A stretch of DNA of 64,000 bases from assembly GCA_043228905.1 (NCBI GenBank), contig JBHGNT010000002.1, forward strand, positions 21,762,001-21,826,000. Direction: 5' to 3'. This DNA is from Azolla caroliniana. Taxonomy: Eukaryota; Plantae; Polypodiophyta. A model generated the notes under the pieces. That model did not search any database, was not told the DNA's origin, and saw only the letters and a program-made list of their open reading frames with translations. A program made the translations under genes and the position numbers. Shown here one piece after another: positions 45,401 to 60,299 of the stretch (positions within the stretch are counted from its first letter, which is position 1; every line of letters starts with the position of its first letter).

Positions 45401-48400
45401 GTTCGCAGGTATGCATCCACGTGTTTTAGTTGATGGATTTGAGATTGCAAAGAAGGCAACAATGGAATTTCTAGAAAAATTCAAGACTCCAGTGGTTATG
45501 GGTGACTATCCAGATAAGGAAATTTTGAAAATGGTTGCCAGAACTACCTTGCGAACCAAGGTAATATTCTCGTCAAATATGATTTAAAACTTTGCTTAAG
45601 GTGCCAATGTGATTTATCAAACATGTATTCAATTGAGTATTGTTCCTTCTTTAGCCTTACAAAATTGTTCTCTAATTAGGTATATGAAGCTCTTGCAGAC
45701 CAATTGACAGACATTGTGGTGAATGCGGTATGCTTGAATCTAAGCTTTTGATGAAGGTGTTACTGAAGATTTAGGATTATGTTTGTTGATGCTATGATTT
45801 TTATTGAATACAACAGGTTCTTTGTATTCGCAAGCCACTTGAGCCACTAGACTTATTTATGGTTGAAATTATGCACATGAGGCATAGGTTTGATACTGAC
45901 ACAAGACTGGTATGTGAACTTGGCCATTCACTTTACTTGGTTGAAACACTATATTATCTCTTAATCTGGTTATTGCTATGTGTTTCTATCTGCTAGGATC
46001 ATCCTAGTTTTTAATTCTTTACTTTATATAGACTTTGAGTTGGTTTACTATATCTTGTTGATTGTATGTGTGAAAATATTCTTTATGGGTATATATACTG
46101 GAGTTGGGTTATTACCACTGAAGCAAAAGTTTCTCTGAATACACCTGTCAGGACAAAAAGAAGCTAGAATATTCGTTCCTTTTTAATAGAGCATAGTATG
46201 AGGATGTGCATGTGGACGTTTAGGCGGAACTGGTATACAATTAGCATGGGGTTAAAACTCGCAGTGATGTAATATCAGAGGAATAATGAAAAGTAATAGT
46301 GTTGTTAGAACATTGTTAAGATAAAAAATACTGGTGGGTGTTTCTATTTGCCTGTGAATTGCTTCTTTGAAGTTCATCAAGACTTAGCTTAGAATTAATG
46401 TATTCACTTTATGAGGATAAACAAATATGAAAAAATGTGCATGTAGAAATTTGTTTTGTTGAAGTAGTGTAGGATCTACTTGCAACAAACTTTTAATGTT
46501 CAACTCTACTATGTTTGTTTGGTTGTGCTGTCTAGGTTGAAGGTCTTGTACTAGATCATGGAGCACGTCACCCTGACATGAAGAAAAGGGTTGAAAACTG
46601 TTACATACTTACTTGCAATGTCTCATTGGAGTATGAGAAAAGGTACATATTTCATGAAGCCAATATAATATTATAAACTGCCATATTTGATCTAAGATTG
46701 TTCTTCTGTGCATAGAAAATAAATAAAGCATTTTGATCAACTTAAGAATTCGTCTTCCAGTGCTCATTTTGATTGTTATGCGATAAAATCATGTTTCATC
46801 GCAGTGGTAAAATTTGTACGGATTAAGTGCTTGATGGACTATTTGTACGGTGTTTTTAAGATATATATATATATATATTTATATATTATATTGATTAATT
46901 CTGAAGTATGTATGTTTTTTGATTCTGGTTTTTTCTACTCTTTAAAAGTTCATGTATTTCTCTGTTGTGTACTTTGATGTTTTCTAGATATTTCTATGCA
47001 CCATGAAAGCTAGCACATGCATTTTCCCAGGATAGATACTGTGTGAATATTTATAGATAACGAAGTATGTGAGGCAATTAAGCAATTCTAGCAGGGAATA
47101 ATTGTGACTAAAGGGATCTCCCACTAGAGTTTGCTGTGCAGATTCTGTATTTCTTTTTTATCATTATTGTCTAACTATAATGAGAGAGCAATAACTTCCA
47201 CGACCTTAATTTGTGTTAAGCAACCAAAGAAAGCATCATAACATTTATTCCTCAAATATGTGTTTTGAGGAACACTGAAAAACAGTCTGAAGTTGGAATT
47301 AGTTTAAGATTAGGAAATACAAACAAGTCGAGATAAATTTCTTTCAAACAAGTTATATATTATCATGTTAGGAAGAAAAAGGTTTTGGAAAGTCATGAGT
47401 TGTCCTGGTTGGAATTGTATATATGAGATAAATGTGTTCTATTCATTCCCCATAAAATCCACATATCTCAAGCTAAAAATTCACCCTGCATTTGAAATTA
47501 TAGCAAAACTCTACTGACCATTATTCTATATCTCACTTAGTGAGGTAAATGCAGGGTTTTTTTACCACAATGCAGAACAGAGAGAGCAAATGGTTGCAGC
47601 GGAGCGGAGAAGTGTGGATGAGAGAGTCCAAAAAGTTATTGATCTAAAGAAAAAGGTTATTGGTTTCTTTTGGAATGCAGAGCTTCATAACTACATATGG
47701 TTTTAAGCTGACATGACTATATACTTCAAGTGTCTTAAACAATGTAATCAAGTTCTTATTTTTCATTCTCTAGGTGTGTGATGGAACCGACAAGAATTTT
47801 GTGGTGATTAACCAGAAAGGCATTGATCCAATTTCGCTTGATATGCTTGCAAGGGAGGGTGTAAGTTTCATCCAAATTCATATGAACTTTCTTGCTTACC
47901 TTACATTCATTAAATCTGCTCTCAAATGTTATACTGAGTATTCTTTCATGGACAGATTGTAGCCCTAAGAAGAGCTAAGCGCAGAAATATGGAGCGCTTA
48001 GTATTAGCATGTGGTGGAGAAGCTGTAAATTCTGTGGATGATCTTACATCTGATGTATTGGGATGGGCTGGTCTTGTCTATGAACATGTCTTGGGAGAGG
48101 AAAAGTACACTTTCGTTGAAGGAGTGAAAAACCCACACTCATGTACAATCTTGATAAAAGGTATTCATTCAAGTGATTTTGTAGGCCATTCCTGTTTGAA
48201 TTAGGTGGCAATTACCACACAATTGACCTTCATAATGCATTACTATTTTGTTTAAGGTCCCAATGAACACACAATTGCCCAGATCAAGGATGCTATTCGA
48301 GATGGGTTAAGAGCAGTGAAGAACACACTTGAGGATGGAGCCGTTGTTTTGGTACTCTTCCAATCTCATTAAATTGTCTTAGTTATTAGTAATGGCATGG

Positions 48401-49499
48401 CATGAAAACACTTGTACTCAAGATTTCATTGTATTTTTCAGGGAGCTGGAGCTTTTGAAGTTGCTGCTAGGCAGTATTTAGTAAACGAGGTCAAGAAGAC
48501 TGTGAAAGGAGTAAGTGGCATTTTTGTATTGTCTTCATACGCCATGTAACTAACAAGTAATGTGTCATTATTAGAGATTACAATTTAGTAAGCTCACATG
48601 AAATTCATAACTGAAAGTTTCTCCAAAGATTTACCATATCACATATTTGGGAAAGGCTACAAGAAGCTTGTGTTTCAAAAATCTTATCCCATTCTTTATT
48701 GGTGTATTTGTTACGAAGTTTTATGATATGGAACAAATATGAGCAGCAATATAGCCTTCACATGCATCAGTGTGTTTTCTTAACAAACGAACTTAAAAAA
48801 CAAGCCATCTCTTCCATATTCACAAGCTATATCTTCTTTATGCATGAACAAACAAGTTTTAGTCTCATGATTATTTAAATATCACTTGAGAACAGCGTGT
48901 TGCATATTTGTTCGTACCTGTTACATTGAATTTCAAGTGACTTGTCATCATTTCTTACTTGCCCATTCTTCATCAAAGCCAATTGTCTTCTTTGAATTAT
49001 GTAGCGAGCACAACTTGGTGTGGAAGCATTTGCTGATGCACTGTTGATCATTCCGAAAACTCTGGCAGAGAATTCAGGATTGGATACTCAGGATGTCATA
49101 ATTGCATTGCAGGTATCTTTTTGTTTCTATTTAAACTGCCGTTTAAACTGTCTTGAGTGATTCAATTCTAATTTGAAAGAGACTAAAATGATTTGGTTGT
49201 TTATCTAAAGAGAGAGCATGATAATGGTGTAATTGCTGGCTTGAATCATCATACTGGTGAGCCAATGGATCCACAGATGGAGGGAATATTCGATAATTAC
49301 AGCGTGAAGCGACAAATTGTAACCTCTGGGTAAGTAAACGGATTTCATGATCTTAGTCTTTTCGTCAGTTTTGTAGGAAGAGCTGTATGGATGGATTCTC
49401 ATGATTTTTATATTTTGCATTTACAGGCCCATCATTGCATCACAGCTGCTCCTTGTAGATGAAGTCATTAGGGCTGGGAGAAACATGAGAAAGGGTTAA
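42481..49499 (+). CDS. CCT6: T-complex protein 1 subunit zeta, 15 exons: 42481-42614, 44061-44124, 44208-44343, 45409-45560, 45680-45727, 45817-45909, 46536-46642, 47541-47655, 47774-47860, 47956-48160, 48257-48351, 48442-48510, 49005-49112, 49211-49329, 49427-49499
   Basis: [74 protein letters not shown] and [11 protein letters not shown] motifs; GT-AG introns. Confidence 0.96.
43229..43870 (+). repeat. Tandem duplication of ~300 bp in CCT6 intron 1; each copy has two hairpins
   Basis: 43229-43530 aligns to 43571-43870. Confidence 0.85.
45247..45384. repeat. Three copies of a 46-bp tandem repeat at the end of CCT6 intron 3
   Basis: CAGTACATAGTCTATTATGTACTAGATATCCCTGTAATGTGGATTA repeated three times. 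Confidence 0.92.
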
Positions 49500-51148
49500 A
49501 AGTCTCGATCTGTAGATATTCTTGAACACAACTATTTTTTAGTGGTATATGGAGAAGCAAGGAATTATTATTGAGCAACAACATCCTTTTGTTGTAAGAA
49601 TTAACAGTGGCTTTGGGCTTGATGGACAAGCTTTTGACAATGCCAAGTCGGTCTTTTCTGTCTATGTTCAAAGTAATTTGATCTCGTGATTTGTGTTTTT
49701 GATTAGAATATACATCTATGTATTGATGACTACCTTAGTGCTTTGCCCCAAAACTGAAAAAGAAAGTTGTTTCCACACTAGAGGCGTGACTTTAGCAAAG
49801 CATTTTTTGTAGTAATTAAAATTCTTGATCTGATGGTGAAATCAGTAATTTATATTCTCATTAAAAACCTTGGAATCTGCAGCGGGATGCATTAAAAAGA
49901 CTCTGTAATTTATCATAATTTGTTTCTGGTGTGTATGACTTTGCTGCTGTCCCATACATGGCAGTGTTGATCGTCTGCATAAGAAATTCTGACGATTATA
50001 AATAGAAGAATGCAAGCTCTATTTACGTTCCCAATTGTAGTCTCGTGATACTTACTATAGAACAATCATTTATGATGTATGCAATTTTTTGTATTGAGTA
50101 CCAAATATTTTATGGGTGCTAAGGTCAGCTGTTCTATATCAACCTTGGAGCAGGTGGTTTATGGTATTAGAGTTAAGTTGTTGACTAGAACGAATTTGGA
50201 AGATCCAGTTATCGCAAGGTGAGGTGGAATAATCATCCTACTGAGTGAGGATGACAGGTTTGTCCAGATTATAGTTTAATGTGATCGAGTCCATTGCATT
50301 GTTGTCATATGCAGCACAATACATACGAAAAGCTGTTATGGAAGACGAGGGTTGGAAGATTGAGAGGCCCAGATTGTTCTATGCAAGAATCATATTCCTG
50401 TCATTTTAGATTCAGAGCTGGTAATGGAATCTTGTTTTGATAGAGAACTACAAATGTGGATGATGAAAATGGATCCAAACTAGCTTGAGGGCTAATGAGT
50501 TTGTCAATGGGGGTCATGGGGAAGTGCAAGCATATGTAGTAAACATCAATGGATGGCACTATAGAATCTAACATGATTTTAATGAAACTTCAACACATTT
50601 CGCATAGTAAAAATGATGTTTTTAATTATCATTTTATAATATTACCTTTGAACACAAGAATTAATCCCTTTGATAGGCACAACCTAGAAAACACTGATGT
50701 AAAATGTCCACATGTGTGACGAATACAAAATACTAGCTAAAATGGTATTACAAATTTCGAATGTACATATATGAAGAAAAACACATAGAGTGCGTCGTTT
50801 TGTTCATTGTCTTGAATGGATGGAATAGAGATTTCTCAAGTTTTTACAAATTGAGGAACGGATTTGATTCCAATCATTATATTTGGCCTTTTTCCTATTT
50901 AAGGTATCAATGGTTGTTTTTATTAGTATGAGATGTTAAATCATTCTCCTTCTTCTCCTTCTTCTTCTTCTTCTTCTTCTGCCCGCGAAGATCATGTGTT
51001 TTCAAGATTCCTCGAGGGCATGGCCGGAGAAATAAAGGAAAAGTGAGACCCCCCCACCAGGGGTACAAACCTTAATTATGGTAAACCACTCTTCTTCTTG
51101 CTTCTTCTTCTTCTTCTTCTTCTGCCTCCCCTTCTCGTAAACAATATA

Positions 51149-52572
51149 ATGAGGTCCGTGATTCCTCTGTTTCTGCGACGCCCACGGGCCATGTCTCCTC
51201 GCCACAACCAGGTTTGCAAAGCATTCATCCATTTCCTCTGATCAATCCTTGTCTTTCTCTGTTTAATTCTTATCTGTCTTACTTATGTGGTTCCCCTTCC
51301 TCTCCTCCTCCTCCTTATGCTCAGGCATGGTGGTGTTGCGGAGAATCTCTTCCCCCCATGATGACCACTGTGTCTGACACTTTCTTCAACCAAAACGTGG
51401 AGCTTCTCATGAATCCTCCTCTCAGAACGAAGAAGCCATTTCTTAAACCTACCTCAAATGGAAAGCAGAAGAAGAAGATGATGAAGAATGAAGGAGAAGA
51501 AAACAAAGCTCTTCCTTCTCCTGAGAATGGACTCTTAGTTCCACACCTCATTCCTGTTGCGCAAGATACCCTGAAAGCTTGGAAAAACCTTGTCGATGGC
51601 GCAAACAAGATCTTGACAAAGTTTCCTGTCAAAGTCTGCCGGTAAATTTGGTTTCTTCTGCTTTTTCATTCGGATATGTATTTATATCCGGCACTATGAA
51701 CTGAGAAGACATACTGAGTTGGGAAGTGATTCAACAGATACTGCCCTGCAGTCCATGTTGGACCAGTTGGTCATCAAATTGCTAGTTGTGAAGGCCCTCA
51801 TAATGGCATCCGGCGAGGCCGACATGATTGGATCAACGGCAATATTGACCATGTCCTTCCGCGCAACAACGTCTTCCATCTCACAGATAGGCTTGGGAGA
51901 ACGATCAATCATGACGACAGGCACAAGATCAAGAAAGTTCCTGCCATTGTGGAGCTCTGTATCCAGGCAGGCGTGGATGTCTCAGGTTACCCTGCCAAAA
52001 GAAGGATCAATCCAGTCATAATGATTGATAAGAAAATCATAGATATCGATGATTGGGAGAACACAAGCAACAATTCAAGTGAGAAAATGTCGCCGGTAGA
52101 ATTCGATTTGAGAACTTCCCGATGCGGTATAGAAATCTCTCCACTAACTGATGAAGCACTTCGCGCTTTGGCAGTACAAACAATGCAAGCATGGTTTGCA
52201 GTGCGTAGGGGAGCCAAGAAATTGATGTCGAAGTATTATGTGCAAGTTTGTGGGTACTGCCCCCAGCTACATGTGGGGCCAAAAGGCACCAAGACATGTG
52301 ATTGTTTTGCTTACAAGCATCAAATGAGATCGGGTCACCATCACTGGCAAGAGGCATCCATAGATGATCTAATGCCACCCATTTATGTATGGCATTTACG
52401 AGATCGGTGTGGCCCTCCTTTACTAACTGAGCTAAGGGTGTTTTATGGGGCAGCTCCTGCAATTGTTGAGCTTTGTATACAGGCGGGAGCACCCATACCC
52501 GAACAATGCAAACCTATGATGCGGCTAGATGTTGTCATACCAGAAGCCGATGAGATCGAAAAGGTTGTGTAA
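51149..52572 (+). CDS. APO: APO-domain organellar RNA-binding protein (likely exons 51149-51211, 51325-51641, 51738-52572; start uncertain)
   Basis: Two APO zinc-binding repeats (CRYCPAVHVG..GH...C...HDW and CGYCPQLHVG..C..YKHQ.R.G.H.WQ) and PAIVELCIQAG twice. The Arg-rich N-terminus suggests mitochondrial targeting. Confidence 0.9.
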
Positions 52573-52999
52573 CTCATCAACGGGATAGTGAAGCATGATA
52601 CAAAGGGCTCCTATGAGTAATAAGTGATTCCAAGGGATTGTCGATATTGCCCCTCATAATACGAGGGGTTGTCATTTCTCGAAATTTCCCTGGTTCTGTT
52701 TTTGTCACGCTTTATAAAGGTTGCCAATCACCAAAGAGATGCACCGCACCCTTGAGACATAGTTGCTTCAGAAGATAAGTCTCATCGTGAATAGAAGTCT
52801 CCCCAAAAGAGGAATAGAATAGAGTTTTTCTCCCCCTTGAGTGAATCATATGGAGGACACTTGTATGTTTTGAGATGATCAATGCATTGTCATACTCGTG
52901 AATATATGATCTTGAATCTCAACGAGAAAGTTAATCTTCCTTGTGTATCAACGAGTGGAAACTAGTGAGATATTAGCATCTAACTAAAGTGTGGATTTT

Positions 53000-53426
53000 G
53001 GATATGGGTCAAATAACAAATATTCTTTTCCGGGTGGTCTGAGAGCAGCTGCTCAATCAATCAGTTATGATATCCCTTTCGCGTTATGCGTTTTGTCGAT
53101 ATCCCTACGTGCGATTCGTTGAACAAAACGAAGATGAAAAAACTTCTTAGGCTTAGGAAATTAATGTCTCGTTTCTTCATAAACTAAATAGTCATTTGGG
53201 TGAGATCGAACAGCATATCGCAGTTACTAGATCAAGCCCCATTCACCGTGTGCAGGTGTAAAGTATATCCGAGCGGCAGGCACCGCTTAAATCCAGATTT
53301 AGGCAAATCCACCAACACCTGTAGCGGATACTAAGAATCCTAATAAAATAGGACTTATTAGGATTAAACGAAAGTAGATGGTAAGGAACACTAATATACA
53401 CGAGATTCGTAGTTTGTCAAGATTCC
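53000..53426 (+). pseudogene. ndhA: Nuclear plastid DNA insertion: end of ndhA exon 1 and start of its group II intron
   Basis: [36 protein letters not shown], then GTGCG intron start at 53109. The right end is approximate. Confidence 0.85.
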
Positions 53427-55874
53427 TGTTGTGTTAACATTTTCATCTCCAGTTGAAGATATTTTTGTAAAGAATGATATCCAATAAATATGGCATCATT
53501 TTGGCGTGGCAACAGTGGATGATTAAGGGAATCTAATAATCAAGTATGTTAAAACAACTATTTGTGTGTGAGTTGTGTATGTATGTATGTATGTTTAGCA
53601 ATAACGAATTAAATGAATACTGAATAGACGAATCAATAATAAATAATTGTAATCATAATAAAAGACTCATGATAATAGTAATATAATAATGTCAAAAAAA
53701 GGGAAAATTTCTGAAAACAAGAAGTGCAAAACCTAATAGAGAATGGGCTCCTTAATGTCATTGCAATAAATTAATGTAAAAAAAGGTAAAAATAATTTAA
53801 AACAACATTTGCAAAACCTAATAGAGAATGGGCTCCTTAATGTTGTGATGTGGCATGTTCATAGGGAGAAAAGCATAGAGAAGCCAAGTGTCTTTCACAG
53901 TGGTCACCAAAAGGATGAAGAAAATTAAGATAACAACAAAGTGTAGTTCAAGAGAAAAACAATGGAACAACGAAGTCGAGGGTTCATTACTCACCAACGT
54001 CTATAGAGAGGAAAAGATGAGCTACAATAATACATAAATAACAACAAGGAAGCACGTGATTATTATGCTACAAACACAAATATCAATAAGGAAGCATTTG
54101 GTGATTATGAATAGGTTGAGGATAAAGGAAAGCTCTTGAAATTTATATAATGAGTTAGTTTTCATGTTCACAAGTTTTGGGATTTGAAGGCCCAAGCTTT
54201 GACAACAAACAAAATATCATGAGATGACGAGTCACAATGGGTGTGCAAAGATCTACAAAGTTGAAAGTTAAAAGTTCAATTTTAGTTGGACTTGATGCCC
54301 CTAAAAACTACTATTGGGGGAATTATAAAACCTTACGAATTATAAAGGCTCAAGGGAGTTGAAGTTGTGGCATTGCAGTCAATTGTCAATGTAGCAATAG
54401 CAAAGGAAATGTGGCATGGATTTTATGCATTGTTTGCCCTCTCTTTCCTCTTCCCTTGCTACTCGCCGACAAGTATTAAGGCACCTACTTGTTTCCCTCA
54501 AGACCTTTGAGTAATTGAAGTGCTCAAAGATTTTTCTTCCATTCAGAAATTTTGGCAAAATTTCATTTTCTACCCGCTGACAAAATTTTGATCACTAAGA
54601 CATAAATAAGCATTGCCCAATAAATAAATCAGGTGTTGGATTTTTTTTTCTATTTATTACAATCAACTTTCAAAGGATTAGGTTTAAGACACAGCCAAAA
54701 ATTCTTCTACAATGTTCAACCCTATTACATAAGATGCGAGAGATTAAGAAGATGAAAGATATAAAATCAAAAGAGTGTTGGGAGGAGGTCCTTGAGTTTC
54801 GAGGTGGAAACTCTACAATTGGCAACCATGTTGTCTTCTGTCATCATATGCCTCGTATGCACCCTCATGATCATTATCCTATGGTAATCCGTTTGTTGAC
54901 AAAGTGTGCCCGCTACTTCTCAAAATTTTGATCCTCGGACGATATCCGACCTAATAAGTTAGCAACATTCTTAGTTATTGTATGTCACTTTTCCCCTCTA
55001 TCGACTCTAATAAGATTGAACCTTTCACCTTACTATTTAACTTATCAACTCTTCCAACTTGAGCTATGCTTAATTCTCTCTCTTTTTTCACATGTTCAAT
55101 TGTAACCTTAATTTATTACAAAACTTAACATTCAAATGTTTGTCACTCTTCACACACACCACATCACAACATAAAACAATGGATACATCTCAAAATCCAC
55201 TTTCACTCCTCTCATTTGCTTCATACCCTTTGTGCCATAATCCATTCACAAAATGGAATCTTCAATTGGTGCACTTGTTCAACGTTTATTCAAAACATTA
55301 GTTCTTACGACGCCTTAACATGGTTATTTATCTTTATTCTAAGTTTTTTATGCAAGGAGTTTTATTTTTAATTTCTTGAATTAACCTTCATGTGCTTATT
55401 ACTTCTTTTGGGGATCATTCGTTCTTGTTAATATTCATTTATTTGGGAGCTTCTCGGCTCCCCTGTAATTTTTTGTGACAACTTGGAATTCTTCTACCTC
55501 TATAACTATTTATCTTTTCTTAATAGATACATTGGTATACAAATTTCCTCACATCACCTTATTCCTTATTACATATTTGATTGCTCTCAATACCTCTTAT
55601 CACATTCCCATCACACAACAATAATGGGATTTTTAATTGTCACCAGCTTCTTGAAGTAGGTTCACCCAACTTGGTCTAGGAGCCTAGGTTCAAGAGCATG
55701 GAAATTCACATATACTCATGAACAACATTTTTACTGAAATTTCTACCTAAGGTCAACTTCCTTGAGTGTGGTCCGTCCAACAATGTTTGAGATTCTTTCA
55801 AAATGTAGGAACATCTTGTTTGGGGTCCTCAATGTCATCGGGTAGCACATGATTATTATTTCTAGCCCTAAGAT

Positions 55875-58220
55875 TTTTTTATTTTTTTCCAAAAAAACAT
55901 TTTTACTTCCATTAGTTAAGAAAAAGTACATCGGATAATATACAACTCATATGTTACAAGCCACTTTGCATGTCTACAAGAAAACAACATGTATAAATGA
56001 AGCAACAAAGCCTCAACACAAAAATACTCAACAGAAACCCCACAACATGAGCCTCACACAACCCACATTCAACAAAGACACCCTCCAATCTCTTCACAAT
56101 TCAGCACCCACCTCTATGTTTGGTACCCTTGGAGGAAACAGCCACCGGGGTGGCTGATAAATCCACTTTGCATTGCCATCCACCATCTGTGACATTGGAG
56201 AACCTCTCCATTTAAGAAGGAAGTGGTATCTAGCTTCTTCATTCGCATCAGAGGGCCCCTGAAGGTTGTCAAACTTTCCTTGGAGCGTAGAAATAAGATT
56301 AAACCAAATCATCATTAAACTCTCAGCCAATGGGGTTCACTTCCCGATAAATGACTCCTTGCACCTAGATACCCACGCTTGCCAAACAGTAAGGCCAGCC
56401 ACTAAAAACCAAATTCTACATACCGTTCCTGTATGTAGAATGAACCTCCTTGAGCTGCAGGTTGTATAGTTCCATTCACCACCTTTAAAGAAGGACTATT
56501 TCCATTCCACCCATGAAACCATGTAGCCAATTCAGTAGCTAACCAAACAACTGCGGCACTTGATACCTAAACTTCAACCCCGCATCGAGCCAGAATTCTT
56601 AAGCTCCTCGTCCAAACTTCTTGGGCTCCCGAGCATCTCCACAAACAATGTGTGATGTCCTCCAAACTCGCTCCACAAGCCTTGCAATTACTCATGCCAC
56701 CCCTTTTCCCCAACCACTCTCTGGTTGGAACAGCCCGATGGGTGATTAACTAAAAAAACACCTTGACCCTCTCGGGGAGGGGTGAGTTCCATATCCTACT
56801 CCTGGTTTTATCCACGAAGACCGAGTCGATAGCTACATGGGTCCATTTGTTGACACACTTCTCACGATGCAAGCATAAATGTCTCCCCAAGCGAGTTGAG
56901 TAGTCAAAGCAACCACGTGATTTACCTGGTTCATCCCTCCACGTATATTCTACAGGATCCCATTCTAAACACTCGAGTGGCTTGCCTTCAACTAAATACA
57001 AGATCCAATCCTCCTCAACCTCATCGACTGATGGAATCACCTTCCATTTCTTACTGTCTCGTGCTACAATTCTAATCGGGGACCAACGAGCACCTGCAAA
57101 TACTGATCCCAACTGGATGATCTTCCCATTCTTTCCTAGACCCTTGGCATTGATAAGTTTTCCGGCATCATCACATTGTCCGAACCATTCACCCTCTTCC
57201 CCATTACTAATAAGAACAGAGTAAACAACTTTATCGACTAGGTCAAGCATCTTCCTGCCATTTCTGAACTTTCTCGCGCCTTCATATAATTTATCCCGAT
57301 TACTAGGGGACAACTGCACCCAATTTTCTCTTGATTGAATCCCAACACCATGCAATATAGCCCACGACATACCCTTGCTATGGCCAAGCATCTTCCCCTC
57401 AGTCGACTTTAAGGTCTCATTCCACAATAGGGGTTGGTGCATCTATTTAGCATTAGTACTTGGACCTATACTGCTAAGATGCACACGGAGCATACCCCAC
57501 ACCTTCATCACTGACATACACGTGCGATCAGCCATACAAAATAGTAATGATTTATGTGGCTTCCAATGCCCACCAAGTCGTGGACTCCAAAGGATGCTCC
57601 TATTAAAAATCAACGTTTTCCATAACTCATTTCCGGACAGCAAGCTCCTTACCAATACCTTACATAACAGTGATTGACTTTGTACTCCAAGGTCGATCAA
57701 TCCTAAACCCCCCTTATTTTTCGGAAGAATCAACGTAGACCATGATACTTTAGCTATTGCGTTGTCTTTCCTATTCTCAGCCCATAGAAAGCCCCTGATA
57801 CACGCTTTAACAATATGAATAACATGCATGTCAACATCCACACTGAGACCGCATGCCACAATGTAAACAAGAGCACACGGTTAGCTACTATGATCCTGCC
57901 AGCTAATGATAAATTCATCCCTGACCAAATGCGGATTTTGTTGCAACTGTATTCTTTTGTCGATAATATCTACACCAATCCACATTCCTAGATATTTGGT
58001 GCCTTCCCCTTTTGCAATCCATCTGAATTCAACATTTGGTTTCCATATCGGCTCTGCCTCCGAGCTAATCCAAAAACCCTTGAACTTATTCCAATTGATG
58101 GCAGCTCCCGATGCTTTGCAAAAGAGATTGATAGCAATCTGTGCCCTCCCCATATTCGCTTCATTACCTTGGAGGTATAGCATCGTATCGTCTGCGAACT
58201 CTGAGTCGAGCAAGAACTTC
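55875..58220 (-). mobile_element. 5'-truncated degenerate L1/Tx1-like LINE (ORF2 C-terminal half)
   Basis: FADD, KYLG, KVSW..L.LPK..GGLG, IWNSPLP.RVKVF and CKAC..ED..HC...C motifs; A-rich 3' end near 55875. Confidence 0.85.
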
Positions 58221-59063
58221 CTTGTGTTATGGATTGAAAGACCATGTAAACTAACATTGTATCCATAACTCTTATCACAACATTTACTTTCCTCATAGCA
58301 TTTATTAATGCATTCTCTTATTTATTTTCCTTATCCTTGTTTATGAGACTTGGATTGGACTGTTAAGTTTTTTCCTAACCTTCTTCTTAGTGACCTATAT
58401 TTGCTTCGACCCAGTTCTTGGGCTTGACTTGGCAGGTAATGGTATGCTTTTTTGAAGTGGTGGGGCGGTGGTTTTGGTGGAGGGTTTTTCTTGTGATTTG
58501 CTCTAATTTGGTGGAGGGTTTATCCATGTCAATCCTCATGAGGAATGTTGCTTCATATATGTTCTTCATTGTGCAATGTCCTTTTCACTATTTGCAAAAA
58601 CATATTGCCCATTTCATGATTAGAGAAAAACCCTTGCTTTATCTCATGTTATATATTACAACTACATTAGTTCATACATGAACTATGTGGCTACCTTGTG
58701 TTTACTATTATTGGCGACTCATGTTCTAAGCCTCCCTTTTCACATAGCTCTCGTTGTTGTTTGAGATTTTACTTAGCATCTTTGAGCTTGTGAACATCTC
58801 AAGTTTTCTTGTGGTTTTTGCATCCTTAATTTTTTATTCTTCCCATATGAGTGCTTCTAACTTCCCTAATTTCCCTTTGTCTTGTCATTGTGCAATGTTG
58901 CTTGACTTACATTGTTTACTATTCCAAAAGTGTCTTGTTTCTATTCCTTTTTACATTCTTTATTGTTCCAATTTTCTAGGAACTTCCTACGTCCTATATA
59001 TATCCTTCTTTATTCACTTTTAGCCCTCATTGTCTTCCATCACAAAGAGAGAGAGAGGGAGAG

Positions 59064-59250
59064 AGAGTTCAGTTGGTAAGGTTGCCCACTGGAGACCAGG
59101 AGATCATGGGTTCAACCCCTACATTCCACAATGGCATCTAGTGAATTAAGAGATATGTATGAAGTATATAATAGAGAGGTGAGGAAATTGGGTTCCGAAC
59201 CCAACACGTAGTGTTTGCAGTGTAACAACTGACCATTAAGGTAAGCTAAT
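59064..59250. other. Two degenerate convergent tRNA-like sequences (SINE-head-like)
   Basis: Plus strand: AGTTCAGTTGGTAAG...GGGTTCAACCCC. Minus strand: TTAATGGT...CTGCAAA...GGGTTCGGAACCC. No complete cloverleaf. Confidence 0.35.
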
Positions 59251-59976
59251 TACAATAAGAGAGTGAGCGAGTTTGGAATTCTACATAAGAAATTGGCAAC
59301 AATTTGGTTTCAGCTTAACCAGTTTGGCCTTGTCCGAAATCAAACTAGTTAAGCCTTAAACCGGTTTGGCGACCTCGAGCCTAAATGCAACTAAACCAAA
59401 CCACTTGCCAAACCGTCTAAAAACAAATTTAATGGCTTGGTTAGGCTTGAATTGAGCCATTGTCGACTCCTAATTCTACACAAAGCTTGCTCCTAGTGGG
59501 TTAACCAAACTTGGTCTACATATTCTTTAGGATGTCACCCAACTTGGTTTGGGGCGTTGGGCGTATGCAAGCAACACAATTTCATTAAGGAACCTCATAG
59601 ATGTCCTTATCTTTGAGTCCCAATGTCGTGTTTGACTTCCATTTACTCTACCCCAGGCTATAATTTTGCATACATGCTTGGGGGGTGTGCATGTCCTTTA
59701 TCGAGAGAGATTCCTTCCACCCTCTACCCCTCTGAAGCCCTTGTAATCCATAGAAGTGTATGTATATGAGCAATGGGGGCGGCAATTCCGTTACGCACAT
59801 ACAAGTCCAAGGAAACAGTGAACATATGGATTGCTTCCGCTTTTTGTTTCCTGATGGTTCGGGGTAAGAAAAACACGAGAATCCCGAAAAGAGTGTTTCC
59901 TGTCCTGGGGCTCATGGTCACGTGGGGAATGCGACAAATAGAGGTGAACACGACGGGCCGAGAGTATGTGCATTCG

Positions 59977-60005
59977 TGTGAGTGAGTGAGTGAGTGAGTG
60001 AGTGA

Positions 60006-60037
<32 letters not shown>

Positions 60038-60215
60038 GTGTGAGTGTCCATATAAAGTCCATGAAACCATAAAGCAAAATATGTTGGAGAAGAAGAAGAA
60101 GAAGAAGAAGAAAGAAGAAGAAAGAAGAAGAAGAAGAAGAAAGAAGAAGAAGGCAGCAGCAGAAGAAGAAAGAAGGAAGAGGAGGAGGAGGAGGAGGAGG
60201 AGGAGGAGGAGGAAG
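59977..60215. repeat. Compound microsatellites (GAGT)n(GT)n and (GAA)n(GAG)n upstream of the RBL gene
   Basis: Directly visible. Confidence 0.95.
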
Positions 60216-60299
60216 CAGACATTAGGCAGAAGCGATCTCCTAGTCTCTCTCTTTTCCTGCCTGTGTTCTTCTCGCAGATTTGCTTCCTCTTGTCTCGCC

